Shown here piece after piece: positions 8,639 to 18,134 of a stretch of 39,743 bases of DNA (position 1 is its first letter; every line of letters starts with the position of its first letter). Made by a program: the position numbers and the translations under genes. The notes beneath the pieces are model-generated. The model saw only the letters and a program-made list of their open reading frames with translations, was not told where the DNA came from and did not search any database. This DNA comes from Deltaproteobacteria bacterium (lineage in GTDB: Bacteria; Myxococcota_A; UBA9160; UBA4427), in the NCBI GenBank assembly GCA_011051925.1, contig DRKE01000239.1, forward strand, positions 1 through 39,743, written 5' to 3'.

Positions 8639-9631
8639 TTGGCGTTCTTGCGACGTGGAAAGAAGAAGGGCGAAGAGGGCTACGGCGACGGACGCGCTTC
8701 GATCGCCGAGGGCGACGACGTTCTCCTCGACGAAGAGGCGATGGTCCAGCAGCTGCTCGCCTGCATCGAGGCGCCCGACTATCGGCCCCCGACGCTGCCC
8801 GCCGTGGCCGTCGAGCTGATGACGCTCTCCCAGCGCTCCGACGTCGAGATCGACGACGTCGTCAAGCTGCTCGAGCAGGACAGCCTGATCGCGGGCCGTA
8901 TCCTGAAGGTCGTCGGGTCGGCCGCGTTCACGGGAGCGATGAAGATCACTTCGCTGCGCGATGCGACGATGCGGCTGGGGCTCAATACGATCCGGGATCT
9001 CGTGATGGAGATCGCGATGAACATGCGCGTCTTCAAATCGTCGGATTATGCGGATACGATGGACCTGTTGCGCCGACATGCGACGGCGACCGCCCATCTC
9101 GCCCGACTTGTCTGCAAGCATACGGACGTCGATGCCGAGTTCGCCTTCCTGGCGGGCCTGCTTCACGACGTGGGCATCGCCGGAACGCTACTGGCGCTTT
9201 CGGAGAAGAAGGGCAGACGGAAATCCCCGCCCGACCTGATCTCGATCTGGCCCGCGGTCGATCGCGTCCATCAACGTGCGGGGGAACTCATGGCAGGCCT
9301 CTGGGAGCTCCCGGTCGACATCCAGACGGTCTTGAGCGCCCATCATCAGGTCATCATCAAGGGTGAAACCCACACCCTCGCCGCGACCGTCGCGCTCGCC
9401 AACGAGATCGCCCATTCCCTGGGCGTCGGCGTCATCCCGAAGGCGGAGGCCGACATGCAGGAGATGACGGCCGAAGAGCGGGACTGCGTTCGAGCCCATA
9501 CCTCCGTCGATCGGAGCAGCAAGGCGACGATGAGTCACGCCTGTCAGGCCCTGGGGCTCGACGAGTCGACGCTCCTGATGATCCGCAAGGAAGGCGCGGA
9601 AGTCCTGCAGACGATTCCCGGACTCGATTGA
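8639..9631 (+). CDS. HDOD domain-containing signalling protein
   Basis: The sequence PPTLPAVAVELMTLSQRSDVEIDDVVKLLEQDSLIAGRILKVVGSAAF...LRDATMRLGLNTIRDLV...FLAGLLHDVGI matches the HDOD pattern. The TTG start at 8639 has GAAGGGA upstream and GC3-rich codons. The ATG at 8741 is an alternative start. Confidence 0.8.
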   Translation: MAFLRRGKKKGEEGYGDGRASIAEGDDVLLDEEAMVQQLLACIEAPDYRPPTLPAVAVELMTLSQRSDVEIDDVVKLLEQDSLIAGRILKVVGSAAFTGAMKITSLRDATMRLGLNTIRDLVMEIAMNMRVFKSSDYADTMDLLRRHATATAHLARLVCKHTDVDAEFAFLAGLLHDVGIAGTLLALSEKKGRRKSPPDLISIWPAVDRVHQRAGELMAGLWELPVDIQTVLSAHHQVIIKGETHTLAATVALANEIAHSLGVGVIPKAEADMQEMTAEERDCVRAHTSVDRSSKATMSHACQALGLDESTLLMIRKEGAEVLQTIPGLD

Positions 9632-9681
9632 CCGGACTCGATCCGGGTCGGGCCCGGGCTTTCCGGTCGCTTCGATCGACT

Positions 9682-10077
9682 TCAGGAACCGGATGGTCCC
9701 GCGAGAGGAGTTCCCTGGTGGAAAAGGATCTGCCAGCGGTCCTCCCGGAAGACCCAGATCGAGCTTCGCAGGGAATGGGCAGGGTCGCCCGCGCCGCGCC
9801 GCTCGACCCGATAGATTGCCAGGACGATCTGCGACGAGAGTCGTCGGACCGAGAAACCGGAGATGCGGAACGAGGCCCCGGTTTCGCTCGAGAGCGCTTC
9901 GAGGGCGTCGTGTCTTCCGAAGACGCGACCCGAAGCGCCGATCTCGACGAAATCGTCGGCGACGAGGCGCGCCAGCCTGGCCGGATCCCCGCGGATCTCC
10001 GGATCGAGCAGGCTCTCCTCGAGCTGGCGGATCTCGAGCGCCACGTCTGCCTCTTCACGAATCGGAGTCGCGTCCAT
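9682..10077 (-). CDS. DUF4440 / NTF2-like (SnoaL-fold) protein
   Basis: 131 aa. The pattern LLDPEIRGDPARLARLVADDFVEIGASGRVFGRHDALEAL...IWVFREDRWQILFHQGT is the typical DUF4440 pattern. Confidence 0.7.
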   Translation of the reverse strand: MDATPIREEADVALEIRQLEESLLDPEIRGDPARLARLVADDFVEIGASGRVFGRHDALEALSSETGASFRISGFSVRRLSSQIVLAIYRVERRGAGDPAHSLRSSIWVFREDRWQILFHQGTPLAGPSGS

Positions 10078-10151
10078 CTATCGCCTGACTCGCACGATCG
10101 CTCCATGACTCTTGTCGGCCGTGGCCGTCTGCCATCGCGTGGCATTCCTGA

Positions 10152-11105
10152 TCAGGCCGGAAAGGTTTCTCCGGACCATTCCTCGCTGAGCTGCCACAGG
10201 CGTTCGGCCGCCTCTTCGTCGAGCGCCCAGGGGCGGACGCCGCGTGCGGCGAGCGCATCGTCGGTGCGTTCGGCGACGTGGCAATCCTCGCAGTAGAGAC
10301 CGCCGCGTCCCTCGAGTTCGGGGGCCGTCGCCGCCCATACGGTCGTCGCGGCCCCTTGTGGAACCTTCTTGAATGTCATCGGTTCGTTCTTCGGCCGCCG
10401 GGCCATCAGGTCCTTCATGTCGTTCTCGTCCATGTGGCGGCTGAGTTCGGTCATGATCGAACCCGGGTGGACGGCGAAGGCGCGGACGCCACGATCCCGG
10501 AAGCGTTTGTCGAGCGCCACGCTGAAGAGGACGTTCGCCGTCTTGGCCTGTCCGTAGGCGAGCCATTTGTCGTAGGGCTCCTTCTCGAAGAAGGGATCCT
10601 CGAATCGGAAGGGCGAGAGACGGTGGCCCGCACTCGAAAGATTCACGATGCGTGCGGGGCTGCCGGCGAGAATCTGCGGCATGAGACGCGCGGTCAACAC
10701 GAAATGGCCGAGATGGTTCGTGCCGAGCTGGGTGTCGAGGCCCTGGGCCGTCCGGCCGAGGGGGCAGGCCATGACGCCTGCATTGTTGATCAGGCGGTCG
10801 ATGCGGGCGAATCGTCTGGCGATGTCGTCGGCGCCTCGGCGGACCGAGTCGAGATCGGAGAGGTCGAGCAGGGCGAGTTCGATGTCGGCCTCGGGAACGC
10901 TTTCCCGGATCCGGTCGATCGCAGCGCGTCCCTTCGCTTCGTCGCGAACGACGCTCACGATGCGCGCCCCCCGACCCGCCAGGACCCGCGCGGTTTCGAC
11001 CCCGAGTCCTGCCGAGCCGCCCGTCACGACGATCGTCTGGCCCGAGAGATCGAGGTCGCGGACAACCTCTTCTGCACTGGTTTCGGCTCCGAATTCGCGG
11101 CTCAT
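10152..11105 (-). CDS. SDR family oxidoreductase
   Basis: Rossmann motif VVTGGSAGLG, the NNAG motif (LINNAGVM) and the catalytic YGQAK. 317 aa. Confidence 0.85.
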   Translation of the reverse strand: MSREFGAETSAEEVVRDLDLSGQTIVVTGGSAGLGVETARVLAGRGARIVSVVRDEAKGRAAIDRIRESVPEADIELALLDLSDLDSVRRGADDIARRFARIDRLINNAGVMACPLGRTAQGLDTQLGTNHLGHFVLTARLMPQILAGSPARIVNLSSAGHRLSPFRFEDPFFEKEPYDKWLAYGQAKTANVLFSVALDKRFRDRGVRAFAVHPGSIMTELSRHMDENDMKDLMARRPKNEPMTFKKVPQGAATTVWAATAPELEGRGGLYCEDCHVAERTDDALAARGVRPWALDEEAAERLWQLSEEWSGETFPA

Positions 11106-11239
11106 GATCCTCGTCTCCTCCAGGTCATCGCTCGGGGGTGGACAAAGGCGGCGATGCCGTCGGGGAGAAGCATAGGAGTTTCATCGATCGGGGCACGCCC
11201 CATCCCGGATCCCTTCCCTTCGGCTCCGTCATTTCCGGG

Positions 11240-12319
11240 TCACGGCGAAGGGATCGCCCGCCGTGGAATCCGGGCGACCGCGATGCGCCGCCGGTTCCAG
11301 GAGTAAGCGACGACCAGACCCGCCCGGGTCTCGAGGATGGCGGGATAGGAGAACTCTCCCGGCCCGGTTTCGAGATCGATCCGCTCGGGCCAGGTCTCGC
11401 CGTTGTCCATCGAAAAGAGCACGGAGAGCGGCGTGCGCGGGGCCCAGTTGCCGGAGACGGGATTGCAGGCCAGGGCGAGGCGTCCGTCTTCCATCCGGAC
11501 GACATCGATCCCGCTGTTGTTGTTCGGAAGCCCGGTCGGATGGGCCTGCGACCAGTCGTGACCGTCGTCCTGGGAATCGCTCCGGTAGATGCGCCCGTCC
11601 GTACTGCGAAAGAGCGCATGAACCGAGCCGGGCGAGGACTCCCAGAGCGTCGGCTGGATGAGACCCTTGCCCGCGAAACGCCGCCGATCGATCCCGATCG
11701 GCGGAGTCGCCTCCCAGGCGTCCAGTCCGTTCGCACTCCGGTCGATGAAGGCGTCCCAGCGTCGACGCCGTTCGATCGAGGCCCCCGCGAGCCAGGCGCC
11801 GGAGGCGATTCGGATCGGCTTGGTGCGGACCGCGCCTCGCCCGCCCCGATCACCCTTCACCAGTGGCTCGGCGACGGACCAGGTCGCCCCGCCATCGACG
11901 GATCGCTGGACCCAGGTCGTCCAGTCGCGAATGCGTCTGCCGATCTTGAAATGGAGGACGAGTTCCCTCGCGTCCTCCGACACGGCGAAGAGAACGGGAT
12001 TCCAATGGGCTTCGTTGCCCGCCCTGGCCAGCAGGCGCGGCGGGGTCCAGTTCTCTCCGGGCTTGCGAACCGGGTCCGATTTCCGGGATGGCTCCGGGTG
12101 CGGGGCCGGACATTCGGCCATCCAGATGCCCACGTCGGAATGGCCCTCGTAGGCGCCCCCGAACCAGGCGACGAGGAGACCCCCGTCGGGCCGCGCGACC
12201 AGGGTCGGCGCATGACATTGGGCGAAGGGACGAAGATCACCGAAGAGGTGCTCCGTCGTGAAATCGACGGGGTCAGGAGTCCTGGAACGGGTCGTCATCG
12301 CGCGCTGGGAGTCTCGCAT
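11240..12319 (-). CDS. BNR/Asp-box repeat sialidase-like protein, apparently without a signal peptide
   Basis: Three Asp-boxes: SVDGGATW, SQDDGHDW and SMDNGETW. The N-terminal region FAQCHAPTLV is typical of the exo-alpha-sialidase-like family. The start is taken at the ATG at 12319, with 12298 as an alternative. The rest of the 514-aa track ORF is antisense to the PilZ gene. Confidence 0.75.
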   Translation of the reverse strand: MRDSQRAMTTRSRTPDPVDFTTEHLFGDLRPFAQCHAPTLVARPDGGLLVAWFGGAYEGHSDVGIWMAECPAPHPEPSRKSDPVRKPGENWTPPRLLARAGNEAHWNPVLFAVSEDARELVLHFKIGRRIRDWTTWVQRSVDGGATWSVAEPLVKGDRGGRGAVRTKPIRIASGAWLAGASIERRRRWDAFIDRSANGLDAWEATPPIGIDRRRFAGKGLIQPTLWESSPGSVHALFRSTDGRIYRSDSQDDGHDWSQAHPTGLPNNNSGIDVVRMEDGRLALACNPVSGNWAPRTPLSVLFSMDNGETWPERIDLETGPGEFSYPAILETRAGLVVAYSWNRRRIAVARIPRRAIPSP

Positions 12320-12475
12320 ATCGGCGGAGTCCTGGGATCCCCCGGATCGATCGACGGGGATCCGCCGGATCCGTTCCTCGGAGGAAGACACCAAATTCGC
12401 ATTTTTTGCGCACCAGAGTGGTTCGCCCCACTCGGGTCTCGGGTTCTCATGGTCGATAGGGCCTCTACCCAACTC

Positions 12476-13120
12476 ATGGAGCGCCAGATGATGAAGACCG
12501 GAAGTGACATCCTGTTCCAGGAACCGACCTGCAGTACCCGACGCCTCCGTCGTTCGGTCGTCGTCGAAGTCTCGGGGGAGACCTTCTCGATCAATTTCGT
12601 GGCTGAGCCCTTCGATTTCGAGGTGGACCAGGAAGTGCTGATGTATTTCAGCGGCAAGACGGAATTCCTGCAGCAGGTGGGGCGGATCCGCGAGGTCATC
12701 CCCTGCGAAGAGGGAGATGACGCGGGGCCGACGTTCGTGATCGAACCGATCGGTGATCCGATCTCCGCCGAGAATCGTCAGCACTATCGCGTCAGTACGA
12801 TTTCAGCCGACCTCAAGGCGCGTGTGGGTGAAGAGCAGGAAGTCGATGTCCAGGACCTCAGCGCCACGGGCTTTGCCGTGATCGCGAGCGAGGACTATCA
12901 GATCGGGCAGACGATCGAGGTCGGGATCATGCACGAAGACGAGCGCTGCCACGGGCTGGCTTCCGTGCAGAGCATCCGGAACTTCGGTCCCGGCCGGATC
13001 CGATACGGCCTGCGGGCCATTGACGAGGATCCGCATACCGGAGAGTTCCTGCAGGTCCTGCAACGGATCTCGTTGGCGGTTCAACGCGAACAGCTCCAGC
13101 GAGGCGGCATCAATTCCTGA
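12476..13120 (+). CDS. PilZ domain protein (putative c-di-GMP receptor)
   Basis: RxxxR motif (RQHYR) followed by DxSxxG (DLSATGF) in the C-terminal half. Candidate in-frame ATGs are at 12449, 12476, 12488 and 12491. The one at 12488 has GGAG 6 nt upstream. The 660-aa track ORF upstream of these is shadow of the BNR gene. Confidence 0.75.
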   Translation: MERQMMKTGSDILFQEPTCSTRRLRRSVVVEVSGETFSINFVAEPFDFEVDQEVLMYFSGKTEFLQQVGRIREVIPCEEGDDAGPTFVIEPIGDPISAENRQHYRVSTISADLKARVGEEQEVDVQDLSATGFAVIASEDYQIGQTIEVGIMHEDERCHGLASVQSIRNFGPGRIRYGLRAIDEDPHTGEFLQVLQRISLAVQREQLQRGGINS

Positions 13121-13209
13121 CCGGGACACCGCGCCTCCGGCGGGGCTTCGGGCCACGGTCCTGTCCGCCGATCGATCGATGCCCATCGGGCCGTCTCGGC
13201 CCGTTCGGC

Positions 13210-13974
13210 TCAGCCGCGCGGTGATTCGGGATCGGTCCTGTCGCCGAGGATCCTGGTCCGATAGGAATCCGGCATCAGGAAGGCCAGCCACCAGCACACG
13301 GACGTGACCAGCGAACTGGTGGCGATGATCGTCATCGGGAGGGGCGCGATGATGGGGAGTCCCGACGCGCGGATGACCAGGATCGCGGTGATATGCGCGA
13401 CGGAACCCCAGCTCGCCAGGGCCCAGAGCAGGAAGCGATGCGTCGTCTCGGGCTCGGCGAGGCCGATGGCGAGGCGCCTCTGCATGGCGCGGTAGTAGAG
13501 CGAGGATTCGACTCCGTTCCAGAGAAAGGGAACGAGGATCGAGAACATCAGCCCGATCGCCCAGGGCTGGATCGACTCGATCATCTCCTCGCGGGAGCCG
13601 GCCTTCGCGACCGAGACCGCGCACCCGATGCCGGAGAGGGAGCCCACGATCGTCGTCGTGATCCGGACGAACCGTGCCCATCGACGTCCGGGACGGAAGA
13701 CCACCTCGGGAAAGCGATTCAGGGCCCGCAGGCCGATCACCATGCTGAAAAGGCCCGCGATGAAGAGCCCGGAGCCCATCGGGGTTCCCACCAGGGCCGG
13801 TACCCGGCTCATTCCGGCGAGCGGAAAGCCGAGGCAGAACATGCCCCCGAAGGCGATCGCGAGGAGCCGTTCCGGCAGGGCCCCGGTTCGCCGCGCCAGG
13901 GCATGGAGATGGAGTGTGATCGACCAGCCCACGACGAGCGAGACCAGACCCGTGAAGCCGATGAAGGGGATCAT
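13210..13974 (-). CDS. polytopic membrane protein of unknown function
   Basis: About 255 aa starting from the ATG at 13974 (MIPFIGFTGLV...) with about 7 hydrophobic segments. I recognise no family motif. The upstream 78 codons of the track ORF are Arg-rich and not protein-like. No clear RBS. Confidence 0.55.
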   Translation of the reverse strand: MIPFIGFTGLVSLVVGWSITLHLHALARRTGALPERLLAIAFGGMFCLGFPLAGMSRVPALVGTPMGSGLFIAGLFSMVIGLRALNRFPEVVFRPGRRWARFVRITTTIVGSLSGIGCAVSVAKAGSREEMIESIQPWAIGLMFSILVPFLWNGVESSLYYRAMQRRLAIGLAEPETTHRFLLWALASWGSVAHITAILVIRASGLPIIAPLPMTIIATSSLVTSVCWWLAFLMPDSYRTRILGDRTDPESPRG

Positions 13975-14206
13975 GCCGGAGGGTATCGACCCGACGGCAG
14001 GCTGGCCTGAGAGGCTATGCTGGGTCTGACGCCGCCGATCGGATCGATCGGGGATCTCCAGCCGGTTCCGGACTGCCGGTCGCTTCGACTTCCGCTGGAA
14101 CGATTCCGCCGAGATGGGCCGTCGGCGTCCTCCATGCCGGACCCATCCCGTCCGTTGCGACGGACTGCACGAACCATGAACCGCGAACAGAGAAGGAGCC
14201 GTTTTC

Positions 14207-15235
14207 ATGCCGATCTCCCAACCCCTTCGTTTTGGCGTGATGTTCGGCTACTGGCAGGCCGCTCCTCCCGACGATTTCGTCGGGATCGCGCAGGAAGCGG
14301 AACGGATGGGTTTCGACTCCGCCTGGACGGCGGAAGCCTGGGGATCGGATGCGTTCACGCCCCTGGCCTGGATCGGGGCGCATACGACGAAATTGAAGCT
14401 CGGTACCTCGATCGTCCAGATCTCGGCGAGGACCCCGACGTCGACGGCGATGCATGCCCTGACCCTCGATCATCTCTCCAAGGGGCGCCTCCTGCTCGGC
14501 CTCGGCGTTTCGGGCCCCCAGGTCGTCGAGGGCTGGTATGGCCAGCCCTTCAGCAAGCCGCTCTCGCGGACCCGGGAGTACATCGACATCATCCGCCAGG
14601 TGATGCGTCGAGAGAGACCGGTGCGAAACGACGGTCCGCACTACCCGCTTCCCTACAGCGGGGAGGGGGCGTGGGGCATGGGCAAGCCCCTCAAGCCGAT
14701 CACGCATCCGTTGCGTGCGGATCTGCCGATCTATCTCGGGGCGGAGGGCCCGAAGAACGTCGCCCTCGCCGCGGAACTCTGTGATGGCTGGATTCCCCTC
14801 TGGTACTCGCCCTACCGCGAGGAGGTCTATGCCGACTCGCTCACGCATGCGCCAGCCGACTTCGACATCGTCCAGGGCGTGACCGTCGCCGTCACCGACG
14901 ATCTCGCGAGCGCGTACGACACCCTCCGACCGATGCTCGGGTTCTACATCGGCGGGATGGGGTCGAAGGACCGGAATTTCCACAAGGAGTTGATGGGTCG
15001 AATGGGATTTCCGGAACAGGCCCAGAAGATCCAGGATCTCTTCATGGCGGGCGATCGGGGTGCAGCGATCGCGGCGGTGCCCGATGAGTTCATCGACGAG
15101 ATCGCCCTCGTCGGCCCGAGGGAGCGGATTCGCGATCGACTCCAGGCCTGGCGTGAGAGTCGTGTCACCACCCTGCTGATCCATGCGCCGGACCGGGCGA
15201 AGCTTCGGGAGATCGCGGAGATCGTGATGGGCTGA
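14207..15235 (+). CDS. LLM class F420-dependent oxidoreductase (Rv3520c-like subfamily)
   Basis: The sequence RFGVMFGYW...AERMGFDSAWTAEAWGSDAFTPLAWIGAHTTKLKLGTSIVQISARTP...LSKGRLLLGLGVSGPQVVEGWYGQPF is the luciferase-like monooxygenase pattern of the F420 subgroup. The RBS AGAAGGAG lies upstream. Confidence 0.85.
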   Translation: MPISQPLRFGVMFGYWQAAPPDDFVGIAQEAERMGFDSAWTAEAWGSDAFTPLAWIGAHTTKLKLGTSIVQISARTPTSTAMHALTLDHLSKGRLLLGLGVSGPQVVEGWYGQPFSKPLSRTREYIDIIRQVMRRERPVRNDGPHYPLPYSGEGAWGMGKPLKPITHPLRADLPIYLGAEGPKNVALAAELCDGWIPLWYSPYREEVYADSLTHAPADFDIVQGVTVAVTDDLASAYDTLRPMLGFYIGGMGSKDRNFHKELMGRMGFPEQAQKIQDLFMAGDRGAAIAAVPDEFIDEIALVGPRERIRDRLQAWRESRVTTLLIHAPDRAKLREIAEIVMG

Positions 15236-15422
15236 TGGCCCGGTCGGCGGGTCGGGGATTCATCGGATCCCGTCTCGAAGGGAAGCCGGGTCCCCGAAGA
15301 TCGGCCTTCGCCTTCGCTGCGGATCGGCCGATGATGAGGCGACCCGAGGCCGACCTCCGGACCCGATGGTGCGGTGGATGGCTCGGTATCCGGGCGGATC
15401 GGCTCGGAGGTGGGGAGTGGCA

Positions 15423-17246
15423 ATGAACGGAAACGGCAACGGCATCCTGATCACGTTGAACGTGATCCTTCTCTCGAGTCTGGCCGCCCTGGGATATCAA
15501 TGGCCTCCGGCGAACTTCGCATTCCTGGTCGTGGGACCGCTTTCACTCCTCAGCATCTGGAGCGCCTCGAAGGGACGGGTCTCGGCCCGGGCCATCTTCG
15601 TGACGAGCGCGACGATCGCCGTCGGAGGCGTTCTCGTCGCGAGCTATTTCTGGACGGCGGCGCTCTACGGGATGTTGATCGTGGGACCGATCGTCACCCT
15701 CGGCATCGCGGACATGATCCAGACGCGACAGGCCATTCGCCGGAACTTCCCCGTGATCGGGCATTTCCGATACCTCCTCGAGATGATCCGTCCCGAGATC
15801 CGTCAATATTTCATCGAGTCGGACATCGAGGGGCGACCCTTCAACCGGGAAGAACGCTCGCTCGTCTATCAACGGGCGAAGGGTGCGCTCGATACGCTTC
15901 CCTTCGGAACCCAGAGGAACGTCTACGAGAGCGGCTACGAATGGATCAACCATTCCATCGCGCCCGTTCATCCTCCGGAAATGAGTCCGAGGATCATGAT
16001 CGGCGAAGGCCGCTGCTCGAAGCCCTACAGCGCATCGATCTTCAACATCTCGGCCATGAGCTTCGGTTCGCTTTCGGCCAATGCGATCGAAGCACTCAAC
16101 AAGGGAGCGCGAGACGGAGGTTTCGCGCACAACACCGGAGAGGGATCGATCAGCCCCTATCATCTCCAGGGCGGGGATCTGATCTGGCAGATCGGGACCG
16201 GTTATTTCGGTTGCCGGGATGCCGAGGGAAACTTCGCCCCCGATCTCTTTGCCGAGCGAGCCTCGCTCGATGTCGTCAAGATGATCGAGATCAAGCTTTC
16301 CCAGGGAGCCAAGCCGGGACATGGTGGCATTCTTCCCGCCGCGAAGATCACGCCGGAGATCGCTGCGATCCGATCCGTACCGATGGGAGGCGATGTCGTC
16401 TCGCCGCCGGCCCATTCGGCCTTTTCCACACCGATCGGCCTTCTCGAGTTCGTGGAGCGCCTGCGAGAGCTTTCCGGAGGGAAGCCGGTCGGATTCAAGC
16501 TCTGTGTCGGAAAGCGGAGGGAGTTCCTGGCGATCTGCAAGGCCATGCTCGAAACGGGAATCTGTCCCGACTTCATCACCGTCGACGGCGGTGAGGGGGG
16601 AACCGGCGCGGCGCCCTTCGAGTTCTCGAACACGCTCGGCTGCCCGCTCGTCGACGGCCTGACCTTCGTGCACAACTCATTGGTGGGTATCGGTCTCCGG
16701 GATCAGATCCGGGTCATCGCCTCGGGCAAGATCGCGAGCGGTTTCGGCTTGACGCGGATGCTGGCGCTCGGAGCGGATCTCTGCAACGCGGCCCGGTCGA
16801 TGATGCTTTCCATCGGGTGCATCCAGGCGCGCAAATGCAACAGCAACGAATGTCCCGTCGGGATCGCCACGCAGAACCCCTCCCTGACGGGCGGCCTGGA
16901 TCCGGAAGAGAAAGCCGTTCGCGTCCGACGCTACCACGACGAGACGATCCGCGCGGCCATGGAACTGATCGGGGCGGCCGGATTGACCCGCCCGGAGGAT
17001 CTGCGGCCCTGGCACATCATGCGAAGGGTCTCGCATTTCGAGACGCGGAACTACGGGGAGATCGTCGACTATCTGAAGCCGGGCGAACTCCTGCAGAACG
17101 ATCTGCCTCGGGACTTCGCGCGAGCCTGGCGATCGGCGTCCGCCTCGACCTTCGACCATGTCGATGCGCCGATGGGCGACGGATCGGGCGAAGCGGATCG
17201 GGCCGGTTCGGCGCCGACACAGGCTACCGCTGCGAGCACGGCATAG
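15423..17246 (+). CDS. FMN-binding glutamate synthase family protein with N-terminal transmembrane helices
   Basis: GltB-domain-2-like core: ISAMSFGSLS, EIKLSQGAKPGHGG, ITVDGGEGGTGAAP and the CNSNECPVGIATQ cluster. Three hydrophobic helices lie at the N-terminus. The start is set at the ATG at 15423, preceded by GGAGG/GGGGAG. Confidence 0.85.
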   Translation: MNGNGNGILITLNVILLSSLAALGYQWPPANFAFLVVGPLSLLSIWSASKGRVSARAIFVTSATIAVGGVLVASYFWTAALYGMLIVGPIVTLGIADMIQTRQAIRRNFPVIGHFRYLLEMIRPEIRQYFIESDIEGRPFNREERSLVYQRAKGALDTLPFGTQRNVYESGYEWINHSIAPVHPPEMSPRIMIGEGRCSKPYSASIFNISAMSFGSLSANAIEALNKGARDGGFAHNTGEGSISPYHLQGGDLIWQIGTGYFGCRDAEGNFAPDLFAERASLDVVKMIEIKLSQGAKPGHGGILPAAKITPEIAAIRSVPMGGDVVSPPAHSAFSTPIGLLEFVERLRELSGGKPVGFKLCVGKRREFLAICKAMLETGICPDFITVDGGEGGTGAAPFEFSNTLGCPLVDGLTFVHNSLVGIGLRDQIRVIASGKIASGFGLTRMLALGADLCNAARSMMLSIGCIQARKCNSNECPVGIATQNPSLTGGLDPEEKAVRVRRYHDETIRAAMELIGAAGLTRPEDLRPWHIMRRVSHFETRNYGEIVDYLKPGELLQNDLPRDFARAWRSASASTFDHVDAPMGDGSGEADRAGSAPTQATAASTA

Positions 17247-17386
17247 CATTTCGGCGATCCGAGCCTCCGATGGAGGAAACCGGCTTCGAGCGGGTCCTTT
17301 TCCGGCTGCGGATGCACTTCGAGGGGGCCCTGCTCGACCATCCCCCGCCCGCACCGGCACGACACGGCGGCGTGTGCAGAGGTTCC

Positions 17387-17887
17387 CTAGAGCGTCGGGT
17401 CGAGCAGGACCTCGGTCCGGTCGTGCTCGATGACGCCCCAGTCGCCGAGTTCGTCCGCGCCGAGTTCGCATTCGACGACGCGAAGGACGCCATTGTTGAA
17501 CTCGATCCGGGTCCACGCGCCGCCATGGTCCGATTCGAACTGGATGAAGGATCCCGGCTCGACGAATCGGGCGATCGGCTCGAAGAAACGGGCCATCGCG
17601 CGTGCCGGCAATTCGTTCATCATGCCCTCACGCCCGATCGAACTCACACCTCCATCGGGAATCTCGTGGACGATGACGTGTTCTCCCAGGCCGATCACCG
17701 AACGGATCGCGCCCGCGAGGGTCGTGGCCGAAACCAGATCCCGGTACGCGGCGGGCTTCTCATGGATGCCCCGGGCGAGGAAGACGGCTTCCGTCGGAAA
17801 CGCGGATTTGAGGGCTTCGATCGCCGCTCGTTCTCCCCCGGCGCTCATTCGAAACTCCGATTTCTCGATCCAGACCGCGCTTCCCAT
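17387..17887 (-). CDS. hypothetical protein (166 aa, no recognised domain)
   Basis: Balanced amino-acid composition, in contrast to the Arg/Ser/Pro-rich overlapping frames. No signal peptide or TM segment. No motif I can assign. Confidence 0.5.
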   Translation of the reverse strand: MGSAVWIEKSEFRMSAGGERAAIEALKSAFPTEAVFLARGIHEKPAAYRDLVSATTLAGAIRSVIGLGEHVIVHEIPDGGVSSIGREGMMNELPARAMARFFEPIARFVEPGSFIQFESDHGGAWTRIEFNNGVLRVVECELGADELGDWGVIEHDRTEVLLDPTL

Positions 17888-18134
17888 GTCGTCACTCCGA
17901 TTTGCGTGCTGGTCTGCTGTCCCCTGGGGCTTCCGGAGCCGTCGGGTGCGGGCCAGTATGAATCCACTCGGATCGTCGGAGTCCCGTCTTGAGTCCAGGC
18001 CTTCAAAGTTCGCGGCAACCGTCGCTCGTCCGGCCTCGGGCGTCTACCGTCTGGATCCGGATCCGCAACGGATTGCATAGTGGCCCGTCGCCGTCTGCGA
18101 CCCGGAGGCAGGGCTGGAAGAGAGGAAATCGGAT

